Of a stretch of DNA of 52,037 bases, positions 1 to 7,997 are shown piece by piece. The stretch comes from a virus (lineage: Duplodnaviria; Caudoviricetes): the IMG/VR virus record IMGVR_UViG_3300036828_000332, positions 1-52,037 of that record, one strand, 5' to 3'. The notes beneath the pieces are model-generated. The model was not told the DNA's origin. It worked only from the letters and a program-made list of their open reading frames with translations, and did not search any database. The translations under genes and the position numbers were made by a program. Every line of letters begins with the position of its first letter. Positions within the stretch are counted from its first letter, which is position 1.

Positions 1-108
1 TCCTCCTGGCCTCGGGCATCCTGCTGGCCTCGGGCATCCTCCTGGCCTCGGGCATCCTGCTGGCCTCGGGCATCCTCCTGGCCTCGGGCATCCTGCTGGC
101 CTCGGGCA
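1..108. repeat. 18-bp tandem repeat TCCT(C/G)CTGGCCTCGGGCA, 6 units
   Basis: Six exact units alternating C/G at position 5; the same array is at the other end of the window. Confidence 0.98.
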
Positions 109-240
109 ATGGTTGGCCACCAGAGACGCACTACGCAGTCGCCACCTCGGTCGGCCGCTACCCACCAGTCTCCCGACTCCGACCTCATGGTGGGCACCAT
201 ACGCGCACTGGTGGGCCAACCTGAGTCGGCCACTCCTAGG

Positions 241-271
241 TCGTAGCACTCCCGACTCAAGTCGTAGCACT
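241..271 (+). repeat. Two TCGTAGCACT direct repeats, 21 bp apart
   Basis: Same motif as the six-copy array at 51126-51228. Confidence 0.8.
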
Positions 272-281
272 TCCGACCAAA

Positions 282-362
282 AGGTACTCCCCGGCCAACC
301 GAATGGCCGCGGGCCGGCCGCCCGCACAAAATCGCTAGTATCGACGTAAATTGGTGATTTTA
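282..362 (+). other. Putative lambda-like cos packaging site (cosQ/cosN-like plus IHF-like site)
   Basis: AGGTACT-CCCCGGCCAACCGAATGGCCGCG-GGCCGGCCGCC-CGCACAAAATCGCTA aligns by eye with lambda cos; GCGGGC-N5-GCCCGC dyad at 309-325. Confidence 0.65.
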
Positions 363-399
363 CGTGACTTACGCCAACTAAAGTTATAGTAGGTCATAG

Positions 400-603
400 T
401 CAAGGCCGGTTTTTGCTGCTCCACGCCAGCGCCGGCTCACTGGTGATTTCTCCGGTCGCTTCATCTCGGCGGTCGCGGCTTTCCCAGACTTCCCACTCGC
501 CGCGGGTGTTCACCTTCGCGCCCAATTCCCGCAGCGCCACAAAGTCGCGCATGGCCCAGACCTTCGCGAGCAGCTTCAGCTTATCCGCTTGTGTCAGCCT
601 CAC
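400..603 (-). CDS. Hypothetical protein (67 aa, GTG start)
   Basis: GTGA overlap with upstream stop and GAGGAG RBS; the longer track ORF overlaps the neighbouring gene. Confidence 0.6.
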   Translation of the reverse strand: MRLTQADKLKLLAKVWAMRDFVALRELGAKVNTRGEWEVWESRDRRDEATGEITSEPALAWSSKNRP

Positions 604-827
604 AACTCCTCCCGTTCGAGCGCCTGGATGCCCGCATAGACTACCTCGTCGTTTTGCTCTACTGACTGCTGCGGCTCCAGGCGGTGGAATTCCTCGATCC
701 ACTCCTCCAGCGTCATCTTGGCCGCCACGGCCTGCTTGCAGAGACGCAGGCCCATCCGCAAGTGGTCTACTTCGACGGACAGGGCCTCGTTCTCGCGCTG
801 TAATCTTTCTAGTTCAGAATCACTCAT
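600..827 (-). CDS. Hypothetical coiled-coil protein
   Basis: 75 aa helical ORF coupled to the downstream gene. Confidence 0.65.
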   Translation of the reverse strand: MSDSELERLQRENEALSVEVDHLRMGLRLCKQAVAAKMTLEEWIEEFHRLEPQQSVEQNDEVVYAGIQALEREEL

Positions 828-848
828 TCAGGACTATGCTATGGCTAA

Positions 849-1043
849 ATGCTGTTCCCCGCGTTCCTGATTCAGCTCGTTATCGTGCTCGTCGTGGTCG
901 GGCTGGCCCTCTGGATCATCAGCATGATCCCCATGGACCCGGTGATCCTCAGAATGATCCGTATCGTCCTCATCGTGGGCGTGTGCCTCTGGCTGCTGTA
1001 CCTGCTGAGTGGCTTCCTGTCTGTTGCGCCCCTGCGCCGATAG
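849..1043 (+). CDS. Small two-TM membrane protein (Thivi_2564-like)
   Basis: Two hydrophobic helices separated by IPMDP, basic C-terminus. Confidence 0.8.
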   Translation: MLFPAFLIQLVIVLVVVGLALWIISMIPMDPVILRMIRIVLIVGVCLWLLYLLSGFLSVAPLRR

Positions 1044-1056
1044 CGGCCCGGGATCA

Positions 1057-1233
1057 TCACTCCTGCGCCCTCCCCGTTCCGTAATCCCCCGTGCCCTCGC
1101 AGTTCTCGCAAGCGCTGAATGTGCGCACGCCTACATCGCAGTCACAGCCGCGTTCCGGTTCACCGCAGATATCGCAGACCAGCCCGGTGCCGTCGCACAG
1201 GGAGCACTTCAATTGTCGTTTGGGTTCGCTCAT
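1057..1233 (-). CDS. Small zinc-finger protein
   Basis: CSLCDGTG, CDIC, CENCEGTG motifs; ATGA coupling. Confidence 0.7.
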   Translation of the reverse strand: MSEPKRQLKCSLCDGTGLVCDICGEPERGCDCDVGVRTFSACENCEGTGDYGTGRAQE

Positions 1234-1439
1234 AGCTTCTCCGCCCAAGACTCCCCCGCAATCCGCCTTAGTCTCCTCGCCTCTTTCGCTTGCTTAGTGA
1301 GCAGCCGAGCCAGTGCCAATGCCTGCGCCGGAGAAAAGACAATATGCCCCATGCCGTTTTCGTCGGGCTTCATGTCGGGGTGATTGATAACGATTTCGTT
1401 CTCATCGTTCAGACCTACTTCGAGATAGCCCCCGATCAT
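1230..1439 (-). CDS. Hypothetical protein
   Basis: 69 aa, ATGA overlaps on both sides. Confidence 0.75.
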   Translation of the reverse strand: MIGGYLEVGLNDENEIVINHPDMKPDENGMGHIVFSPAQALALARLLTKQAKEARRLRRIAGESWAEKL

Positions 1440-2368
1440 ACCTTGATCCTCACTTCCCGCGGCGCCGCTTCCTTGCCCTTGGTCCCGCGAATCACCGAGG
1501 GTTGCCAGACGAGCTGCTTGTACTTGCCGAACAACCCGCGGCCCTCACGGTAGTCTTTGAAGTGCCCCCGGCAGATGTGCATGGCCTTGGCGATCCCGTT
1601 GGTAGTGCCAGCGCCGCCCTGCGTGCGCAAGATCTGCTTTAACGGCTCGATCTCCAGCGTATGAAACGGACGCGGCCACACGCCTGTTCGCGCGTGGTAC
1701 TTTTTAGCCAATGGTCCCGGCGTCTCCTGGTCGACCACCTTCACGTTCCTGCAATGCAGGAATGACACCGCCAGGAGCGCCGGATGCAAAAGCGTCATAT
1801 GGTCCATGAGGGCTTCATTCCACTGCGGATCCGCGTAGCACTGCATGTGCGGCGTCCCGACCAGCGCGCCTTCCTTGTCGACCAGAAGGAACCACGTGCC
1901 TGCCGGTCCCTCGATCTCCTTGCCGCGAACATCGTAATCGGTGAACATCTCCGCGCATAAGATCCACTTGGCGTTTTCCGGAATCTCTCCGTCCGCTTTG
2001 CATTGCGACGCCTCCGCTGCCATCCACAGAACACCCATGCGCGCGTGTCGCCCCAGCCCGTCCGAAACACTGGTATCGCCGTACTTGTCGCTGTGAATGG
2101 TCTGCGGCATCTTGTGTTCGGTCCAGAAGACCGCATAAGGCGGTGCAAGATTCGGGAAGTCGCGCGTCAGATCCCAATACTCCTGGCCCGTGCCGCGAAA
2201 ATAGTAATCCGCCACGTTGTCAATCAGCAGGACGGGAACCTCGTCCTTGAGAACGATCTCCATCATGCGCCGCGCATGGCGCGACCATTTCTCCTCGTAG
2301 CGCCGGTCTACCCACCACGGCATCTGCAGTCGGCCGGCAGCCCGGATGTCGTCAATCAAGCGCGGCAT
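1436..2368 (-). CDS. Phage hypothetical protein with C-terminal HxxRGH motif
   Basis: 310 aa ORF; HICRGHFKDY motif of a type common in phage proteins. Confidence 0.8.
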   Translation of the reverse strand: MPRLIDDIRAAGRLQMPWWVDRRYEEKWSRHARRMMEIVLKDEVPVLLIDNVADYYFRGTGQEYWDLTRDFPNLAPPYAVFWTEHKMPQTIHSDKYGDTSVSDGLGRHARMGVLWMAAEASQCKADGEIPENAKWILCAEMFTDYDVRGKEIEGPAGTWFLLVDKEGALVGTPHMQCYADPQWNEALMDHMTLLHPALLAVSFLHCRNVKVVDQETPGPLAKKYHARTGVWPRPFHTLEIEPLKQILRTQGGAGTTNGIAKAMHICRGHFKDYREGRGLFGKYKQLVWQPSVIRGTKGKEAAPREVRIKV

Positions 2369-2699
2369 CGGCTACCTCCAGGCGTGGGCGCTTGCTACGT
2401 GCCTCAAACTTGCACACCACTTTTTCGTGCTGCGCTTCCGCCTCTATCCAGGTGGCGCAGCGGTAATACTCGACTGCGTTGTCCTTCCAAAAGACCGCGG
2501 TCTCGAATATGCGCATCCTATATGCGCGCATGAAGTTGTGATCCAATCCCAGGAACAGTGTCGAGATGAAGTACTTTCCGACATTGTGCTCGTTGACGAT
2601 CCGGCCCTTATGCCCCGCGCGGAAACTCCACTCGGCCCACTTCAGAAAATCGGGCTCCTCGACTACGCTCTGGCCGACCAGGATGTAAAGCCGCATCAT
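2352..2699 (-). CDS. Phage hypothetical protein
   Basis: ISTLFLGLDH...FETAVF motif typical of a phage family of unknown function. Confidence 0.75.
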   Translation of the reverse strand: MMRLYILVGQSVVEEPDFLKWAEWSFRAGHKGRIVNEHNVGKYFISTLFLGLDHNFMRAYRMRIFETAVFWKDNAVEYYRCATWIEAEAQHEKVVCKFEARSKRPRLEVADAALD

Positions 2700-2702
2700 G
2701 GC

Positions 2703-2939
2703 TCAAATGACCTCCAGTTCCTCGCGCACGCTGAACCGGCAGAGCGTGATCTTCTTGCCCGGATTCTTAATGATGTCTCGCGCCAACTCCAGTAGCGAAT
2801 CCAGATGCGCTCTGTTCGCACAGATCATCGGCAGAGAATACTCTCCGCTAGAGAACGCAGCAATTCGCTCGCCCTCAGGCTCCTGCGCGACGACCGCGAA
2901 TAGCTCATGAATGCGGAGACGATTCTTCTTGTCGAACAT
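2703..2939 (-). CDS. Hypothetical protein
   Basis: 78 aa; AC-rich leader with AAAGGA RBS. Confidence 0.7.
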   Translation of the reverse strand: MFDKKNRLRIHELFAVVAQEPEGERIAAFSSGEYSLPMICANRAHLDSLLELARDIIKNPGKKITLCRFSVREELEVI

Positions 2940-3032
2940 TTATGTGTAGTCCTTTCGTTTGTTTGTCTGTCAATGTAATTCGATGCATCATTTTACTGCA
3001 ATCCTACTGCTTTTAAGCAGGATCGGAATAAT

Positions 3033-3823
3033 ACCTCAGTGTCCTAAACCAGCGCTGGCGTGAGGTCTAATACTCCCTGGCGAAGGCGGTTCGCCGCGAT
3101 CTCGCAGTAACGTTCGTCGACGTCACAGCCGACCGCTCGAAGGCCGTGGCGCTTGGCGACGACTAAATCCGTTCCGCTGCCGAGGAAGGGCGAAAATAAA
3201 CTGCCGTGCGGTGGGCCGCTATATTCGCAAAGCTGGCTTACAACGGCCTCGGGCTTCTGCGTGGGATGTTCCGCATAACCGTGGCAGTTGGGAGCCCGAA
3301 TAATTGAACGCTGCAACCGTGGACCTCCATCCTCAGAGACATAGGCCATTGCGCCGATATTGCCAGTGTGCGGAGGCCTCGTCTTTCGTCGGGTGATCCG
3401 CGCCGTTGCATCGAGTGTTTTGACGGGATTCTTGTAAACCTGCCCCCATTCGCCCAAATAAAACTGCGCACAGAGTTCATGTACGCGCTTAAAACGGTCA
3501 GAATGGAAGCTGGAACCGTTCTGTTTCTCCCATACAATCTCCTGCGCGAAACTCCAACCTTCAAAATCCGCGGCGTGGCCGAAGAACATGCGGAAACTTC
3601 CGAAGACCCACATGGAACCGCAGGGCGAAAGGGCTGTAAGAATCAGACTCGGCCAACCTCGACACCAGATATCCCAGGCGAGGGACGTATCGCCGTAAGG
3701 GGGGTCCGCGATTACTAGATCGACCGACCCAGCCTCGAGCGAGATTACGACCTCGCGGAAGTCGGCATGATAGATAGCGAGGCCCGACTCTTCAAAGTAT
3801 GGCTTCACCTTAGTGTCCTAAAC
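3033..3823. repeat. 17-bp direct repeats (16/17) flanking the MTase gene
   Basis: ACCT(C/T)AGTGTCCTAAAC at 3033-3049 and 3807-3823. Confidence 0.8.
3044..3808 (-). CDS. DNA amino-methyltransferase (N6-A/N4-C, beta class)
   Basis: N-terminal ADPPY catalytic motif, HPTQKP, C-terminal PFLGSGT SAM-binding motif. Confidence 0.93.
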   Translation of the reverse strand: MKPYFEESGLAIYHADFREVVISLEAGSVDLVIADPPYGDTSLAWDIWCRGWPSLILTALSPCGSMWVFGSFRMFFGHAADFEGWSFAQEIVWEKQNGSSFHSDRFKRVHELCAQFYLGEWGQVYKNPVKTLDATARITRRKTRPPHTGNIGAMAYVSEDGGPRLQRSIIRAPNCHGYAEHPTQKPEAVVSQLCEYSGPPHGSLFSPFLGSGTDLVVAKRHGLRAVGCDVDERYCEIAANRLRQGVLDLTPALV

Positions 3824-4187
3824 TCGCCCCGATGGCATCTTTGGCACACTGACAGCGCCACGCGGTCGAATTGCCTGCATAATCGACGCCGATAATCCAG
3901 CCGGGAACATCCTTGCAAAATGGACACTTCCGCGCGGCTGCCAGTAATGGCGCGGTGTTCGACTGCTCCGGTGTCTTGGTCGGATGGAAGTAGCGGTAAA
4001 TGTGCGATGGCGTCGGCGCTGTCGCTTCGTCGAATAGCCACGACGTCGTGAACACACTTGCTTTGTCGAGATTCGTCGCTGTCATCATTGCGTCGATCAG
4101 CGGATCGACTCCGTCTTCGTCCTTGGGGAATCCGGGCAGACCGGAGAAACGTTTCACGAGCTTCTTGGCTTCAGATCGAGAGATCAT
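3810..4187 (-). CDS. Replication accessory protein (possible helicase loader/inhibitor) with C-terminal Zn finger
   Basis: Coupled to the initiator; CPFC...AWRCQC motif. Confidence 0.6.
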   Translation of the reverse strand: MISRSEAKKLVKRFSGLPGFPKDEDGVDPLIDAMMTATNLDKASVFTTSWLFDEATAPTPSHIYRYFHPTKTPEQSNTAPLLAAARKCPFCKDVPGWIIGVDYAGNSTAWRCQCAKDAIGASLGH

Positions 4188-5086
4188 ACTCGTCCCTCTC
4201 TTGCGTCGCGTTCTTCGATCCTTGCCCACATACGGGCTGATCGTTCGCCCGCCGACTCAAACGCCCGCGGTGCCGGCTTCCGGATCACCGGCGCTACCAT
4301 CCAGTCCCGATCCTCCAGCCAGCGCCAGAGTTGCGGAATGAACTTACCCGCCTCCAGGGTGTTCCAGTACTCAATCCACTGCGCGTGCCGGATCTCGATG
4401 GTTTTGGCACATCGCGCCGCCGTGTCCGAACCGTCCTGCAGAATGGCATCCAGCTTCACCAGCGCCTTGACCGGCAGCCCCGGCTGCGGATGCACCTTCA
4501 GGAGCGTTTCGCAGAGCTTCAGCGTGAAAGGCGAGCGCAGCGAGAAGCGTTGGCCCTGGAAGATTTGCACAGCAACAGACGGGGGCGCCGCCGCCGCATG
4601 GTGTACGCTCGGCGGCGGCGACCCCGCCTCTCTTCCAGATAAGTAGGTTCTATAAGTAGGTTCAGTAATAGATGGGGCGGGTTCTGATTGGACAAACTGG
4701 TCGCTTCTGATTGGACAAGATTGTCCGATCACGTTGCCGTCCCGATTGAACTTACGCGCGGACTTTTCCACTACTGTGGATATTTTTTTGCACAGCAGGA
4801 CGCCCCACTGATCGCGCGCAGCGATTACGTATTGGCAGGTGCGCTGACATCGCTCGACAGTGATCAATCGCCATTTCCGGAGTTCGGCCAGCGCGCGCTG
4901 CACCGTCCGATAGCACACCCCTAGATCAGCGGCCAATCGGCTGATACGCGGGTTACATTGTCCGGTTGTCTTGTTCCTGTAATCGTCAAGTAAGATCAGG
5001 ACGCGCTGTGCCCAGTTCGATAGATCACGGTTTCCAGCCAGGAATTTTGGCAGGATCAAAGATGGTTGAGCTATACAACTGCCCAT
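4184..5086 (-). CDS. Phage replication initiator with N-terminal winged HTH
   Basis: CNPRISRLAADLGVCYRTVQRALAEL HTH; C-terminal KFIPQLWRWL motif; internal repeats. Confidence 0.8.
   Translation of the reverse strand: MGSCIAQPSLILPKFLAGNRDLSNWAQRVLILLDDYRNKTTGQCNPRISRLAADLGVCYRTVQRALAELRKWRLITVERCQRTCQYVIAARDQWGVLLCKKISTVVEKSARKFNRDGNVIGQSCPIRSDQFVQSEPAPSITEPTYRTYLSGREAGSPPPSVHHAAAAPPSVAVQIFQGQRFSLRSPFTLKLCETLLKVHPQPGLPVKALVKLDAILQDGSDTAARCAKTIEIRHAQWIEYWNTLEAGKFIPQLWRWLEDRDWMVAPVIRKPAPRAFESAGERSARMWARIEERDAREGRV
4639..4731. other. Putative replication origin inside the initiator gene
   Basis: TTCTGATTGGACAA x2 (4682, 4705) plus an inverted near-copy at 4721; AT-rich ATAAGTAGGTTC x2 (4639, 4652). 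Confidence 0.6.
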
Positions 5087-5387
5087 AGGGATATCTCCTC
5101 AGCGGACTCGCTGCAGAGCAGTTCGCGGTGTGAAGTTGGGGAAGAATCCGGTCCCGCCGGTGGGTTGATTGGCGAAACCAGGAAGAGATGGGCTATTCTA
5201 AACATGACATGCGCTCCTAGCGCTCCTATTCGGATCGTCTGTAAGTCCTGGTTTGGAAGGTTCCTCAACGGTTCCCCCGGATTAGTCCTTGCAAGTCCTT
5301 TGCGGATCGTTTGGTCGTTTGTTTGTTTTGTCAGCGAGGGCCGCGTGAGATGGCTTAGTCCTCCATCTCTTTACGCGGCCTTTGTTT

Positions 5388-5756
5388 TTAGGGGCTGCGC
5401 TCGTGCCCTGTCAGCCATTCCGCCAGCTCGCGCGAAGACGCCACGACGGCTACGCGCAGGCGGTAGCCCAAGGTCAATTGCTGAATCTTGAACCGCTGAT
5501 CGGCTGAGAGGCCGCCGCCTGCTTCCCGCTTGACCTCCAGCATGAAACCGGGATGTCTGGCATGGATCACCATGTAATCCGGCAAGCCGCGTTCGCCCAG
5601 GCGAATCCAACGCCCGTCACTTGTCTTAAAAGTGCCGACATGTTGGCGCGCCGGATAGTAGCCGCGTACCCGCAGGAGATCCAGGCAAGCCCGCTCTACA
5701 TCGTTCTCCGAGAGCGGCGGCGGAGCTTTGAGGCGAAAGGCGGGAGCGTGTTTCAT
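5388..5756 (-). CDS. VRR-NUC domain nuclease (PD-(D/E)xK)
   Basis: SENDVE...GLPD...LEVK...LSADQ pattern; ATGA-coupled start at 5756. Confidence 0.85.
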   Translation of the reverse strand: MKHAPAFRLKAPPPLSENDVERACLDLLRVRGYYPARQHVGTFKTSDGRWIRLGERGLPDYMVIHARHPGFMLEVKREAGGGLSADQRFKIQQLTLGYRLRVAVVASSRELAEWLTGHERSP

Positions 5757-6349
5757 GGCAGATGCACCCGCGCAATGTGGTCGGCCAGCGGAAACGGGAT
5801 CTTGGAGAGCTTCGCCACCGCGGCCTTGCGCTCCGGAGTGGTCGAATAGAAGCGCGCGAAGTCCGTATCCTCGAAGCGCGGCTTGAACCCCTTGCGGCCA
5901 TCCACCGGGAACGGCATCAGTGCCGGGACATCGCCCCACAGGTAGTAACTGTCGTAGTGCCAGGCCGCGCGCCCCACCCATCGCTGGGCACCACGGACAT
6001 TCTCGATGATCAGTGGAATGTATCGGCCGGCGGCTTGTGACGCTTCCTCCCGGATACGGAAACACGCTTCAAACAGGGAATTATCGGGTGGCGGAAGCTC
6101 GCGAACGCGCTTCCAGGGCATCGCCCGGTAGCTGTACTGCTGGCATGGCGGGGACGCGACAATAACCGCCGCTTTCCTGAACTGCGATCCGTGGAGGGTA
6201 AGTACATCTTGGAGAACGAGTTGCGCGCGATACGGGCGGCGCTCGATGTCGAAACCCACCACATCGTAGCTATTGGCCAGAAAGCCTTCCGTCCAGCCGC
6301 CGAGGCCGCAAAAGAGATCTATGGCGAGAGGCCGCCCCGGAGCGCTCAT
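5753..6349 (-). CDS. Compact DNA cytosine-5 methyltransferase
   Basis: Motif I DLFCGLGG, motif IV SPPCQ, motif VI IIENV. Confidence 0.85.
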   Translation of the reverse strand: MSAPGRPLAIDLFCGLGGWTEGFLANSYDVVGFDIERRPYRAQLVLQDVLTLHGSQFRKAAVIVASPPCQQYSYRAMPWKRVRELPPPDNSLFEACFRIREEASQAAGRYIPLIIENVRGAQRWVGRAAWHYDSYYLWGDVPALMPFPVDGRKGFKPRFEDTDFARFYSTTPERKAAVAKLSKIPFPLADHIARVHLP

Positions 6350-6444
6350 AAGAGCCCCCACAGCGCGCCGATGAGGGTAGGAGGGGCCTCCGGGCGCAAG
6401 CGCGCTGGCGGCCTCACAGGCGGCCTCCTAGCGGCCATAAAAAA

Positions 6445-6704
6445 GAGGGGATCAGGCCTTATCGCGACATGATCCCCTAATGATCCCCCAACCGTTTCTG
6501 GGAGGCTTGTAAATGATTGAAAAATCAGTATGTTAGCTACACATGCCAACCTTTGCAGATTGACAGTATAGCAGCTTTCTTTATCGTATGTTGTTGATTT
6601 TGCTACGCCTGAGTAGCACCTAGAAGGCTCAAATAGGCTCATTTCAGCGCTATTTGATCCCCTATTTGATCCCCTACTTTTCCGAGAGCGGAAATAGGGG
6701 ATCA
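6445..6704. other. attP site (intact)
   Basis: AT-rich non-coding gap directly after the integrase; six TGATCCCC(T/C) arm-type repeats (6445-, 6470+, 6481+, 6655+, 6667+, 6695-); IHF-like AATCAGTATGTTA near 6523. Confidence 0.8.
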
Positions 6705-6710
6705 GGTGGC

Positions 6711-7997
6711 TCATTGAATAGACACCGCCGTTCCGATCCGGGCCGCGACATCCGCAGGGAATGCCGTGCGGCCCCGAAGCAGGTTTTCAAGATGCGACAT
6801 CTGGGAAATCGTAAGCGCATCGACCGGCTGCATGTAGACCCTTGCTGTCATGTCCGGCTTAGAGTGCCCGAGCTGCGCCTGCACTGCCTTCAGGTCGAGG
6901 CCTACGAATTGGGAGATTGTCGCGAAGGATCGCCGCAGCATCTGGAAGTCGATATCCTGAACGGGAATTTTAGCGCGTATTGCGGCTGGCCGCAGCATAC
7001 AGCGGACAATATTGGAATAGATTGCCGGTCGGCCATCACGCTGCCCCCGGAATAAGAGATCCTTCTGGCCGATACCTTCCGTGGCAATCCAGGCATGGAC
7101 CTCGCCCGCCAGTTCGGGCGGAAGATGGATAAACCGGGACCTTCCGGTCTTGGTGCTCTTGACGTTTCTCCAGCGGTCGAATGCCTTGTTGATATGTATC
7201 CAGGTAGGGCCGACATCTGCCACCGTGACCGCCATCAATTCGGCGGGCCGGGTTGCGCCAAGGATCGATACCCAAACGATCAGCCGGTCCCGGATGTTCA
7301 ACTCATTGAGCAAAGCCGGAAGGTGCTGCGGCGGGAACACACTCTTATCCGGCTTGATCGCCTGTTTGGGAACCCTCAGCCGGACAGTCACCGAGCGCGC
7401 CGGATTCCGCGGTGTCATTCCCCGCTCCAAGGCGAGGTCGAAGATAGCGCGAAGGTTCGTTAGGACGTGTGTGGCATACGAGGTACTGACGCCCTTCTTC
7501 AAGGTCTTTTTTCGCAGATCCTGGCGATGAGCCAGCGATCCCATGAACCGCTTGAGATCCTCGGGGAGAATCGAATCAACTGCCCGCTGGCCCAACGCGG
7601 GAATGATTGAGTTATTGAAGATTGAGCGCGTGTTGCGGCGCGTGCCTTCCTCCCAGTCAACTTCCCGCATGGTCAGATAGTCTTCGCAAAGGTCTGCTAC
7701 CTTCGCGCGCCCAGTGGTGGCTACCGCTTGCCCGGCTTGCCGCCGCAACCATTCACGGTGGATATCCTCTGCTTGTCCCTTGGTGGGAATCTCTACCTTG
7801 GTTCCGATGATGCGCTTGCGTTGCTGCCGGCGCGTAGTGCCATCCGGCTTCGCCACAATGACGTGGTAGAAACCCTTCCACTTCTTTTCGCGCTTGCCTA
7901 CGAGTTCTACCCATCCGTTCTGATGGCTCTCGCGGTTGCGATGCGCCGCGTTGTAGCTGGCGAGATCGGGAAGAGGTGTTGCGATCTTGTTGCTCAC
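6711..7997 (-). CDS. int: Tyrosine integrase
   Basis: TRPAEL, LRRSFAT, QLGHS and VYMQ catalytic motifs; 428 aa with N-terminal arm-binding region. Confidence 0.95.
   Translation of the reverse strand: MSNKIATPLPDLASYNAAHRNRESHQNGWVELVGKREKKWKGFYHVIVAKPDGTTRRQQRKRIIGTKVEIPTKGQAEDIHREWLRRQAGQAVATTGRAKVADLCEDYLTMREVDWEEGTRRNTRSIFNNSIIPALGQRAVDSILPEDLKRFMGSLAHRQDLRKKTLKKGVSTSYATHVLTNLRAIFDLALERGMTPRNPARSVTVRLRVPKQAIKPDKSVFPPQHLPALLNELNIRDRLIVWVSILGATRPAELMAVTVADVGPTWIHINKAFDRWRNVKSTKTGRSRFIHLPPELAGEVHAWIATEGIGQKDLLFRGQRDGRPAIYSNIVRCMLRPAAIRAKIPVQDIDFQMLRRSFATISQFVGLDLKAVQAQLGHSKPDMTARVYMQPVDALTISQMSHLENLLRGRTAFPADVAARIGTAVSIQ

Noticed and set aside
1-108. 18-bp repeat as a coding region or CRISPR array
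   Set aside because: There are no spacers. The C/G variant is synonymous in the LLASGI frame, but that frame has an upstream stop and no start after the terminator. A minus-strand DARGQ(Q/E) frame is open but lacks an RBS or other support.
5087-5130. CTGAGGA as a hammerhead ribozyme core on the minus strand
   Set aside because: No stem II or GAAA follows; it is simply the initiator RBS region
6346-6714. 122-aa ORF after the integrase
   Set aside because: It runs through the attP arm repeats and AT-rich core and has no protein-like features
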